Origin: Planctomycetota bacterium
GTDB taxonomy: Bacteria > Planctomycetota > PLA2 > JAEUHO01
DNA: 64,000 bases
NCBI GenBank assembly: GCA_965222115.1
Contig: CBDCTJ010000003.1
Coordinates: 320,001 to 384,000, forward strand
Direction: 5' to 3'
Shown: one piece after another, positions 27,967-39,172 of the stretch
How the letters are laid out: every line of letters begins with the position of its first letter
Numbering within the stretch: the first letter of the stretch is position 1
Program-made: the position numbers and the translations under genes
The notes under the pieces: model-generated
What the model saw: the letters and a program-made list of their open reading frames with translations, nothing else
Told to the model about the DNA's origin: nothing
The model's database searches: none

Positions 27967-28587
27967 GTGAAACGCAAACGCCTCCGCGACGAGATCAAGC
28001 TTACCCAACCGTTTGCCAACGACGGAACCGAGGCCTACTTCAACCTCATGCGAACTTTCGAGATGTTAAGCAGTGAGACCGCGTCGTGCCTCAAGACGCT
28101 GGGCCTTTCGCAATCGCAGTACAACGTATTGCGCATTTTGCGCGGCGCGGGCACGGGGGGACTGTCGTGCCGCGAGATTGGCAATCGCATGATTGCGCGC
28201 GTTCCTGATGTGACCCGCCTGCTTGATCGCTTGGTGCGCTGCGGCCACGTGGAACGCCAACGAAGCAAGCTCGACGCACGCAAAATGATTGCGCGCATTA
28301 CGCAAGCGGGACGCGAGCACGTCGAGCGTGCGATCCCCGTCGTGGATGAACTCCACCTCGAACAGTTTGAGCACTTGAGCCCCGACACCATCAAGAAGCT
28401 CAGCATCATGCTTGAGCAAGTCCGATCGCGCCCTGAGCCCGATGAGTCCTCGCCCGTCGAGTCATCTCCCGTCGAGTCATCTCCCGACGAGTCATCTCCC
28501 GACGAGTCATCTCCCGACGAGTCATCTCCCGACGATGCCACAAGTTCGGAGCAGGCCGTCGGAGCCCAAGAGGCTCCCCGACCGTAA
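27967..28587 (+). CDS. MarR-family transcriptional regulator with acidic repeat tail
   Basis: GLSQSQYNVLRILRG, PDVTRLLDRL, RQRSKLDAR...ITQAG; TAAGGA RBS before the GTG. Confidence 0.9.
   Translation: MKRKRLRDEIKLTQPFANDGTEAYFNLMRTFEMLSSETASCLKTLGLSQSQYNVLRILRGAGTGGLSCREIGNRMIARVPDVTRLLDRLVRCGHVERQRSKLDARKMIARITQAGREHVERAIPVVDELHLEQFEHLSPDTIKKLSIMLEQVRSRPEPDESSPVESSPVESSPDESSPDESSPDESSPDDATSSEQAVGAQEAPRP
28438..28533 (+). repeat. In-frame 15-bp tandem repeat (6.4 copies) encoding P(D/V)ESS
   Basis: cccg(a/t)cgagtcatct units. Confidence 0.95.
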
Positions 28588-28636
28588 ACGATGGCCGTTG
28601 GCGGGGACGCTTGCTTCGATGTGCCGTATAGTGATG

Positions 28637-30684
<2,048 letters not shown>

Positions 30685-30839
30685 TCGCGCGGCGGCGGCC
30701 TCACATGCAACGTGCGTGCGTGGGAGGCACAACGCGCCCCTAAGGAACGATCATCCTCACCGACGGCTCGTTCCATAGTGGCGTCAGTCTACGCAGTATT
30801 CACTTCGTTGGTCACGCACGAAGAACATGGACTCACACT

Positions 30840-31601
30840 GTGCTAGATCAAGCTACGATCGAGATCGCTGATCACTGGTGGGCGCGAGGATTTGATAGCC
30901 GTCCGAGCGATTTGCGCCCGACAAGCACACATGTGCAAGAGCACGCGGGTTCGCAACTAGGTAAGACGGGAATTTGGATTCTCGCTGTAGGCCCTTCGCC
31001 GCTGGTGTCCCTACCAGCAAACGCGATGGATCGTCTTGCCGAGCGCGCGTCGACGTGGACGCGCTCAACCATCTCCGAAGTTACCACGCTCGCGCGAGAA
31101 CTCCGTGTTCTTGAGCGCGACGGAATCCGCGTCGGCAAGATCGTCGGTCCCGCGTTTATCGGATACGGGACGTACCAGTCACTCACGAAGCTGTCGTCAA
31201 GCCGCGTCCGATCGGTTACCGCGTCTGACAGCAGTTCCGTGGACAGCCTTCGCTCAAAGTGTAACGATGAAGAATGGGACCACGGAGGCAGTGATCTCAA
31301 CGCGGTTCCTTGCTTTGGCTACTTTGATGAGCACGGGAACCTACTTACTCTCGCAGGATACGAAACCTGGGGCGCAGCGATCGCGCACATCTCGATCGTG
31401 AGTGCTAAGGACTCACGGGGGCAAGGATATGCAAGCGCTGCCGTTTCGCATGCCGCGCAACACGCTTTGAACGTCGGGCTGCTCCCCCAGTATCGAACGC
31501 TCATGACGAACAAATCATCGATGACGATTGCTAAGAAACTTGGATTCGAGCCGTACGGATTCTCGGTCTATGTACGACTGCATCCGGATTCTGCCTACTG
31601 A
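30840..31601 (+). CDS. GNAT-family acetyltransferase
   Basis: AHISIVSAKDSRGQGYASAAV, NKSSMTIAKKLGF. Confidence 0.8.
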   Translation: MLDQATIEIADHWWARGFDSRPSDLRPTSTHVQEHAGSQLGKTGIWILAVGPSPLVSLPANAMDRLAERASTWTRSTISEVTTLARELRVLERDGIRVGKIVGPAFIGYGTYQSLTKLSSSRVRSVTASDSSSVDSLRSKCNDEEWDHGGSDLNAVPCFGYFDEHGNLLTLAGYETWGAAIAHISIVSAKDSRGQGYASAAVSHAAQHALNVGLLPQYRTLMTNKSSMTIAKKLGFEPYGFSVYVRLHPDSAY

Positions 31602-31800
31602 CGTCCACGTAAGCGCGCCGTGAATCGCTTATCGCCTCCCCACTCTTAGGACCGGATCACAGGTGACGGGTGACGGGAAACGAAAAACGAGAAACAAGGC
31701 GCGAATCGCTCGAAATTACACTCAGCACTCTTCTACGTTCGCCCCCTGCGCCTCCGCAACGCCGCGCCTCTGCGTGGAACAGGCCGCGTCTGGCTTAGGA
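31601..31800. repeat. Modular intergenic repeat, copy 1
   Basis: Shares ACGTCCACGTAA..GAATCG block, CGGGTGA heptamers, AAATTACAC..GCAC motif and TACGTTCGCCC..CCGCGCCTCTGCGT block with 34381-34888. Confidence 0.8.
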
Positions 31801-31879
31801 GCGGCCCACTCCGCCCTCGCCACGACCATCGAGTAGGGTGGACTCGTCCCATCAATGTATTCGGGCTAGGATCCGACGC

Positions 31880-34291
31880 ATGGGTCAATTACGCCAAGCG
31901 GTACTCCTCCTCTTCATAGCGTTTCACGTTTCTTGTGGCGGCGGGGGCGGAGGTAATGACACAGCGCCGATCGTGCCCGATCCGGTGCTCGGGTCAATAG
32001 ACGTTGCGCTGGATGGCTTGGCCGGCACATCGTACGAAATTCACGGGCAGCACTTTCCGGGAGACGTGAGCACCACATACGTCGTACGATTCAAGTCGCA
32101 GAACGGACCGATGTTTGATGATTGCAGTGGCAACGAAATCACCGGAATGGTCGCGTGGATTTCTGAGGGCGTATTGCGAGGTACCGCACCCTCAACGCAT
32201 GTGCTGGCAGACGTTGACGTGTATGTCGCCGTCGATTTTCCCGATGGCGCGGTGACATCGAGTTCTGCGATCGCCACCTTTCTTGGCACGCCCGACCCAG
32301 CACAAGATCAAGACGAAAACGGAATTCGCGACGGATGCGACCCCAATACGTACGACTTTGAAGCCGACGCGCTCGGTTCAAGACCCGCCGACGTCACTCA
32401 ACGTGGTTTCCCAACCGACTTCGAAGTCGCCGAAGTCGGAGGTGATCGCGTCGCGAAGTATGTGGGTGCCAGCTCAGGCAGTTCCGATCGATTGGATCGA
32501 CTCGATGGAGACTATGCGCATCAAAACACCACGATTTACGTCGATTGGGACGACACAGACAGTGTCGGGTCGATTGAGTTGTGGTCTGAGGGTTCGTTTT
32601 CGGATTTCGCTGGCAGCGGACTCATCATCCAGATTCGAAATGGGCTGATCTACTTCTTTGAGCGAATTTGGCGACAAGTGCCCTCGGTCATTGGACCCGC
32701 GTTGCCCGCCGACGGCCGCATGCGTATTCGCCTCATTAAGGGTGCAGGGGACACGAGCGCCGTCCACATTGACGTACGTAATGGTGACAATTGGAACGAG
32801 GACTACGCCGTGTTTCCCATCTCCGATGATCGCTGGTTCCGCGGCCGCGCGACTGTGCTCAGCGAGTACTCCGCTGGACTTCGGGGCATCAAACGCATCA
32901 CGGTGGTACATGAGCGTCCCATCTTGCCGTTGTCCATCTTCGAGTCGCCCGAGGGCCTCATGCCGTGGAAGCTCTTTCAGCGAGCCCCGGATGATGTCGC
33001 AACGATTCCGATAGATGGACACGTTCGGCTACAAGGCCCAGGCACCGTGGAAGCTAGGATTGTTCGCTCCGACAATGGCCTAGTGCTACCTGGGCACGAT
33101 TTTACCGATCACCGCCAAGCCGTTCCGTCTTCACCCGATGGCATGCACGTTCACATGGATCTCACGGGTGTATCCGTCGGTGGCAACTACGACGTACAAG
33201 TCAGGCTCTTGGATCAGGCCGACGTCGTGCTGGCCCAAGTGGGTGTCAATGACGTCGCCGTGGGTGACGTGTACATCTGTGCTGGCCAAAGCAACATGTC
33301 GGGCTACTCCGGCAACCTCACCGACGCCACGACGCCGATTCCCCAAGTACATCGCTTTCACAACAACGGCCGATGGGATCAGGCCGTAGAACCGATCGAT
33401 GCGAGCACATATCAAACCGATCGAATTTCGTTGGAGAATCCACTCCATTCGCTTGCGTTACCGTTTGCGAAATCGCTCTATGAAGACACGGGTGTTCCCG
33501 TTGCACTGGTACCGACTTCACTGGGCGGCACGAATCTTCACACCCAATGGCAGCGAAATGCAACTGCTCCCGCTTGGCGTGTGCTGCTCTATGGTTCCAT
33601 GCTGCATCGGGCCCGCGCGGCTTGCGGTGCACAAACGCCTGCGGGGTTTCTCTGGTTTCAAGGAGAGTCCGATGCGATTGGAGCCCGAACAACAGCGCAA
33701 TACAAGACCGACTTAGAGCAGCTCATTGATCATGTGCGCACAGACCTTGGTGCACCCAACCTCCTTGCCATCGTCGCGCAACTAGGTACGTTTTCTTCGG
33801 CCAACTTGGACTTGTGGCTACCGATTCAAGAGGCACAGCGCCAAGTCGCCCGAGATGATCCGCGTGTCGCCCTCGTACCCACGGTCGATGCACCCCGCTC
33901 CGACGCGATTCACTTCAATGTGGCCGGCTATAAGTTGATTGGCCAACGCTTTGCGGAAGCCGCGCGCGTTCTGCGATTTGGCCACTCGATTGATCCTCTC
34001 GTAGAGCTCGTGTCCGCCGCGCCGGGCGCGACGGCGAACGCCATTGATCTCACGTATGACGCGAACGTATCAGGCGGAGACGCGTCCTTGTATTCGGTTA
34101 CCGATGACTCGGGCGCAGCAACCGTCACGTCGATCCAAACAAGCGGCTCGGTCATCACACTCACGCTCGATCGCGCCATGGATACCAATGCAACCTTGGA
34201 CTACGGTCGAGCAGTCACACCAACGGCGGCATGGGTTTTGGACGGCAATGGCACGCCCGTCCCGTGTTTCGATGCGGTCAGTGTCAACTGA
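31880..34291 (+). CDS. Lipoprotein with sialate O-acetylesterase (SASA/CE6-like SGNH) domain
   Basis: Lipobox HVSC+GGGGGG; Ca-binding-like DQDENGIRDGCD; AGQSNM, GFLWFQGESD, DAIHF. Confidence 0.85.
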   Translation: MGQLRQAVLLLFIAFHVSCGGGGGGNDTAPIVPDPVLGSIDVALDGLAGTSYEIHGQHFPGDVSTTYVVRFKSQNGPMFDDCSGNEITGMVAWISEGVLRGTAPSTHVLADVDVYVAVDFPDGAVTSSSAIATFLGTPDPAQDQDENGIRDGCDPNTYDFEADALGSRPADVTQRGFPTDFEVAEVGGDRVAKYVGASSGSSDRLDRLDGDYAHQNTTIYVDWDDTDSVGSIELWSEGSFSDFAGSGLIIQIRNGLIYFFERIWRQVPSVIGPALPADGRMRIRLIKGAGDTSAVHIDVRNGDNWNEDYAVFPISDDRWFRGRATVLSEYSAGLRGIKRITVVHERPILPLSIFESPEGLMPWKLFQRAPDDVATIPIDGHVRLQGPGTVEARIVRSDNGLVLPGHDFTDHRQAVPSSPDGMHVHMDLTGVSVGGNYDVQVRLLDQADVVLAQVGVNDVAVGDVYICAGQSNMSGYSGNLTDATTPIPQVHRFHNNGRWDQAVEPIDASTYQTDRISLENPLHSLALPFAKSLYEDTGVPVALVPTSLGGTNLHTQWQRNATAPAWRVLLYGSMLHRARAACGAQTPAGFLWFQGESDAIGARTTAQYKTDLEQLIDHVRTDLGAPNLLAIVAQLGTFSSANLDLWLPIQEAQRQVARDDPRVALVPTVDAPRSDAIHFNVAGYKLIGQRFAEAARVLRFGHSIDPLVELVSAAPGATANAIDLTYDANVSGGDASLYSVTDDSGAATVTSIQTSGSVITLTLDRAMDTNATLDYGRAVTPTAAWVLDGNGTPVPCFDAVSVN

Positions 34292-34380
34292 AGTGCATCG
34301 GACGGTTCGACCTACTGAAAAACGAAACGGCATGGCGACCTCACACGTGCATGACATCGCTGATCAATGGTGATCCGTGC

Positions 34381-34888
34381 AAAATTACACCCGGCACATT
34401 TTCTAGTCACACAGCAATCATTTCGGTACCCACACCGTCCACGTCCACGTCCACGTCCACGTCCACGTCCACGTCCACGTCCACGTCCACGTCCACGTCC
34501 ACGTCCACGTCCACGTAAAAGCGGCGCGAATCGTTCATCAGATGCCCGCCCTTGAGTACGGGTTCCGGGTAACGGGTGACGGGTGACGGGACCGCGGACA
34601 GCACCGCCGGTCGCACTAGCGCAATCGGAACACGCGACCACAGACATCTTCGCGCAACAAGATTCAATACGATGCCGACGATCGCCCCAACACCTGCTGC
34701 GCTCGCCGATCTTTGTGTCCTCAGTGAGAGCCTTCTTCTTCTTCAACTGCCTCTTCGAACTTCGTCCCACCACTGGCTACAACCGCACTTGCGGTTAGCG
34801 CCCCAATACGTTCGCCCTCTGCTCCTCCGCGTACTCCGCGCCTCTGCGTTAAATGAGGCGCGCACGGCCGCCGTATGGCGCGTTAGGA
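34381..34888. repeat. Modular intergenic repeat, copy 2
   Basis: Same blocks as 31601-31800, in partly different order and with extra spacer sequence. Confidence 0.8.
34437..34516. repeat. (GTCCAC)13 hexamer microsatellite
   Basis: 13 perfect copies counted directly. Confidence 0.99.
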
Positions 34889-34895
34889 TGCCGCC

Positions 34896-36263
34896 ATGAA
34901 ACACTCCATTGCCCTTGCAGCCTCGATTGCAATCTGCCTGACCGTGCTTTCGAACGCGCGCGCTGAAGAAGCGCCTACGAAACCTGTCGCAGAACAACCC
35001 ACCATCAACGGTCGATTGACAATGAATGAGGGACAGCCCGTGCTGTCGTTGTGGGGCACGCCCAAAGAACGAGGCTTTGCGCACGGCTATCTCATGGCGC
35101 AGAAGATCATCGACGGTGTGCGGCACGACTTTGAACATGCGCTCAAGCCACTAGGCAAGAAATACGATGCCATTGTTACGAAGTTTATCGTTCCCAAATT
35201 TCATTTTGAACCGCATGAGGAAGAAGAGCTCACCGCACTCTTTGAGGGCATGAAGGCTGCCAAGCCAAAGGGTGGACTTCGTGTCGATGCATTGGGTCGC
35301 GATCTGGGTCTCATCGATCTCAAGGCACTCAACACTTTTGGCGACTGGTATGGCCTTGGTTGTTCGTCGATGGCGGTGTGGGGCAAGCGCACGGTCGATG
35401 AGCTGCCGCTGATTGGGCGCAACTTCGATTTCCCTACGTTTGATCTCGTGCTGGGCCACCAGTTCATCATTGTGCATGCGCCCCGCGAGAAGCGTGCGGG
35501 ATTTGTAGCCGTTACGTATCCGGGGTGCATAGGCGTGTTGACTGCCATGAACACGGACGGGACATTCGCCAGCATCCACGACGTGAAAAATCGCCCGCAA
35601 CTCAAAGACGCGGCGCGGCCCAATGTGCCCCGACTGCTCGCCATGCGGCGCATGATGGAATCACTGACCGGAAACGACATATGCCCGCGTGCATTGAAGA
35701 TGGCCCAATCGTGGCCGACGCTCTATGGCAATAACATTATGGTCGCCGCAGCGAAGGCGTACGGTGACCAAGCGGGCGCCGGGGTACTCGAGTACGACAG
35801 CAAGACGGAAAAGGACAAGGGCGCTACGCTCCGTTCGCTCACCGGGGAAAGCAAGAAATCTGGCGGTTGCCTTGCGTGCACCAATCACCACCGCAAACGG
35901 TCTGCGATCCCCAAGGCTGCTGGATTCTGGACGCCCTGGCGCTACGAACTACTGACCAATGCAGATAGGCTCGCGAAGAACGATGGCCAGTTCACCGTGG
36001 AGCGCATGTTCGCACATATGTGTGAAGCCAGTTTTCCGAAGGGCGGCGGACCCCTTCGTCCGATTACGTCGCCTCAAGGTGCGCGTCGTCGCGAAGGGTT
36101 CGGCACGCTCCATCAAGTGGTGGCGCGCTGTGGCCCCAAACACTTCCACGTACGACTCGCCAAACTCGGCACCAATATCGCCAAGGCCAAGGTCGTGAGC
36201 TACGACGTTCTAACCTTCGTCAAAAAGTCCCAGAACATCAACGTTGCCGCACCGACGCGTTAG
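34896..36263 (+). CDS. Secreted peptidase C45 / Ntn-hydrolase (acyl-CoA:6-APA acyltransferase-like)
   Basis: Signal peptide; LWGTPKERGFAHG, G-CSS autocleavage site, GRNFDF, TNH. Confidence 0.82.
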   Translation: MKHSIALAASIAICLTVLSNARAEEAPTKPVAEQPTINGRLTMNEGQPVLSLWGTPKERGFAHGYLMAQKIIDGVRHDFEHALKPLGKKYDAIVTKFIVPKFHFEPHEEEELTALFEGMKAAKPKGGLRVDALGRDLGLIDLKALNTFGDWYGLGCSSMAVWGKRTVDELPLIGRNFDFPTFDLVLGHQFIIVHAPREKRAGFVAVTYPGCIGVLTAMNTDGTFASIHDVKNRPQLKDAARPNVPRLLAMRRMMESLTGNDICPRALKMAQSWPTLYGNNIMVAAAKAYGDQAGAGVLEYDSKTEKDKGATLRSLTGESKKSGGCLACTNHHRKRSAIPKAAGFWTPWRYELLTNADRLAKNDGQFTVERMFAHMCEASFPKGGGPLRPITSPQGARRREGFGTLHQVVARCGPKHFHVRLAKLGTNIAKAKVVSYDVLTFVKKSQNINVAAPTR

Positions 36264-36736
36264 CCCCGTTTCGACATCGCAACCACGTGCTTGTACTCAG
36301 CCGCCGTCACGGGTTGAATTGACAAACGCGCCCCGCGTTTGCACACCATCATGTCTTTGAGCTTGGCTTCAGCCTTGAGTTGCGCAAGCGTGATCACTTC
36401 AGGGAACGAGGCTTGCCACTTGATGTCCACGCAGTACCAGCGTGGCTCTTCCTTGGTTGCCTTCTCGTCGTAATACTTGCTCTTTGCGTCGAACTGCTCG
36501 GGATCCGGGTAGCCTCCCTTGGTCACGACCGCGAGCCCGGCAACCCCCACCGGCTGCTTGCGACTGTGATAGTAGAGGACCAGATCGCCTTTCTTGATGT
36601 CGTCACGCAGGAGATTGCGCGCTTGATAGTTGCGGACCCCCTCCCAATACGTCGTGCGCTTGGGTGACGATTTCAAGTCGTCGATACTGAAGACGTCGCT
36701 TTCGCTCTTGAACAACCAGTGGGAGATTTTCGGCAT
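36260..36736 (-). CDS. EVE-domain protein
   Basis: HWLFKSE, WEGVRNYQARN, YYHS, YPDPEQFD, RLSIQPV. Confidence 0.93.
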   Translation of the reverse strand: MPKISHWLFKSESDVFSIDDLKSSPKRTTYWEGVRNYQARNLLRDDIKKGDLVLYYHSRKQPVGVAGLAVVTKGGYPDPEQFDAKSKYYDEKATKEEPRWYCVDIKWQASFPEVITLAQLKAEAKLKDMMVCKRGARLSIQPVTAAEYKHVVAMSKRG

Positions 36737-36878
36737 ACGCGTATTTGTAGCCCGGACTATTCATGAATTGAAGTGAATCGCACGGGCTAGCGCAAGTCAC
36801 CGCATTCGCCGTCGTCTATACTGAGGGATCCGGCAAACCTTCTTCCGCGGAGCCTATATCCGTTTAGAGGCAACTCCC

Positions 36879-39113
36879 GTGAAACGTTCGTTCGGAAATT
36901 GGCCGTTCCTACTGCTACTTGTGCTGTTTGTGGGTACGGGGGCGTGGCTCACATGGGAAATCGTGAACGTTGTTGGAAACGAAGACGATGGCGAGCGAGC
37001 GCCACTGTTCGCGACCAATCAAGACAACGAGGACGGCGATGCGGCCCCCACGATGGACTCAGTTCCCGCGCTGCATCCGAAACCAACCAAGCCGCGGCCA
37101 GAAACAGTGGAAACCCCTGAGAACGTTCCACCGCTTCCCCCAAGTGCTATCGCCGTTCCTGGTTCAAGCGAGACCGACGAGCCGGTGGTTCCGCCAAAGC
37201 CCTATGACGCAGAGGCACTAGATGACACACCCGGGCCCCCGCACAAGACAGGAGCTGTTCCGTTTCAAGGGCGTCCGCGCCATGACACGACCGGTGGACG
37301 CGTTGCACTTCCTCGAGCGAGTGGCGTGCTCATTGGTACTCCGCGCGACATTGTCAAAGGGCTCGTAGAACGTCACCCTTTGCTTGAAGCCTTAGGATCA
37401 GAGACACCTGTGCATCGCCGGGACATCCCAGGATTTCTGATTGATCGCATGGAAGTCAGCAACGCTCAGTATCTGCTCTACCTCCAAGATGTAACGCGCG
37501 AGCAAAACAACGTTTCACTTCGAAGCGTGCGCGCCCCATCCATGGTCGCGTGGGCCGCATCACTTCTCGATCCCGCCTATGCGCCAGACAATGGAGACAT
37601 GGCGCGCTTCGCACAGCAAATCGGACGCACCACACCTGGGCTGTTTAGCGTTGCAGCGGCTCCCGCCAGGGACGACCCAGCGTCGGTCCATGAAAGCGAC
37701 TGGGCCAAGTGGCTTTCATCGCCGCCTCCGCGTCGATCCGTGAATGTTCCTATCGTTCGGCGCCTTCCGCCTAAGACGTGGACCTCACTTTTTCCATCAA
37801 AGGCTCAAATGAATCTCCCGGTTCGCGGCGTGAGCTTTCACGAAGCGCTCGCGTTCGCCGATTGGGCCGGCAAGCACATACCGACGGAATACGAGTGGGA
37901 GTACGCCGCGCGTGGCAAAAACGGCCGCGCGTTTCCATGGGGCGGAACCGCAATTGGTTGGCACTCCTACGTACACCAGGACGCGGAGAGTCGAGATGAG
38001 GCAGACATTGAAACGCTGCCCATCGATCAACTACCTGAAGGCGCCACCCCCGAAGACGTCCGGCATCTGCTTGGCAATGTGAGTGAATGGACGTCTTCGT
38101 TCTTAGACCCCTACCCCGGTGGCTTCACACATCCCTTGCGATACCGCGTACGTGTCGTGCGCGGTGGCTCTGTGGCCTCAATGCTTGATGTGTTTCTGCG
38201 AAGCACATGTCGCGCGTGGTCGCGTGAATCAGACGATCCAGACCCCATACCGGTGCGGGAAGGAACGCCCTACGCAAACAAGCGATTGCCATGGACGGGC
38301 TTTCGCTGTGGATCTTTTGATCGGCACCCGGGCGCAAGTTATGCGCGGAATATGATGGCGTGGGCAGCGTCCTCGCCATTTGCACCGTGGGTCATCCTTC
38401 CTGACCGAGTTCACGAACACTACTACGACGGATATTTTTGGCGCGACCATGCATTGAAGGGGCAACCCGTGGAGTCGGGCGTGTTCGTGCGCGAAGGGGC
38501 GCAGTGGATCGCGGCAATGCCACTTAAAACCATCTCACTACTTGAGACGGACGGCGCCGCAACGACGGCCGTGGACGAGACCACGCGGGAGGGATTCATC
38601 GCGCGCAGTCACGGTCATGGAATTCCCATGGCCCTCCTATCGACGAGTTTTGAAATCGATCACGTCTGGGTCGATACAGATCGCGACTCGAGCACGCTCA
38701 CGCCCAAATCACCCTTTGGAATTCCGAAGAAACTTCGCACAACAACGGCGCCACCAGGGTGCTACGTCGTCATGGTCCACGCGGGTTGGATTGCCCTTCG
38801 CTCAACGCGAACGACGGCAATCTACTACCTTGATCGACGCGCACGCTCTGTCTCAAAATTTCCATTCACCTGGAGCACAAGACGACGTGATTGGAATCAA
38901 CCGCCCCGACCCTCCATTGAAATGCGTGACGGCCCGGCGGCGCAGAACACGATGTACACGCTCAAATTTGAACTTCCGGTACGCCCAACAAACGAGAAAG
39001 CGGGACACGGACGGGTGGCCCTCACCTTGCGCCTCAAGGTCAAGCGTGCGCAACGGCACGACAAACGCCTCGAGCGGCTCAAACGAGACCGGAATCGAGG
39101 CCGGCGCCGCTAG
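36879..39113 (+). CDS. Membrane-anchored FGE-sulfatase (SUMF1) domain protein
   Basis: N-terminal TM; FLIDRMEVSNAQY, PVRGVS, PTEYEWEYAARG, FPWG, GNVSEW, RGGS, GFRC. Confidence 0.85.
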   Translation: MKRSFGNWPFLLLLVLFVGTGAWLTWEIVNVVGNEDDGERAPLFATNQDNEDGDAAPTMDSVPALHPKPTKPRPETVETPENVPPLPPSAIAVPGSSETDEPVVPPKPYDAEALDDTPGPPHKTGAVPFQGRPRHDTTGGRVALPRASGVLIGTPRDIVKGLVERHPLLEALGSETPVHRRDIPGFLIDRMEVSNAQYLLYLQDVTREQNNVSLRSVRAPSMVAWAASLLDPAYAPDNGDMARFAQQIGRTTPGLFSVAAAPARDDPASVHESDWAKWLSSPPPRRSVNVPIVRRLPPKTWTSLFPSKAQMNLPVRGVSFHEALAFADWAGKHIPTEYEWEYAARGKNGRAFPWGGTAIGWHSYVHQDAESRDEADIETLPIDQLPEGATPEDVRHLLGNVSEWTSSFLDPYPGGFTHPLRYRVRVVRGGSVASMLDVFLRSTCRAWSRESDDPDPIPVREGTPYANKRLPWTGFRCGSFDRHPGASYARNMMAWAASSPFAPWVILPDRVHEHYYDGYFWRDHALKGQPVESGVFVREGAQWIAAMPLKTISLLETDGAATTAVDETTREGFIARSHGHGIPMALLSTSFEIDHVWVDTDRDSSTLTPKSPFGIPKKLRTTTAPPGCYVVMVHAGWIALRSTRTTAIYYLDRRARSVSKFPFTWSTRRRDWNQPPRPSIEMRDGPAAQNTMYTLKFELPVRPTNEKAGHGRVALTLRLKVKRAQRHDKRLERLKRDRNRGRRR

Positions 39114-39172
39114 CGGTTGGGGATTGCTATTGAAGTGTCGATAGATCCTATTGACTCGATAGGATACTCGGC

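Noticed and set aside
34231-34773. ORFs encoding (ST)n, (RP)n, (RG)n and (VD)n
   Set aside because: These are translations of the GTCCAC microsatellite in different frames, with no other coding signal.
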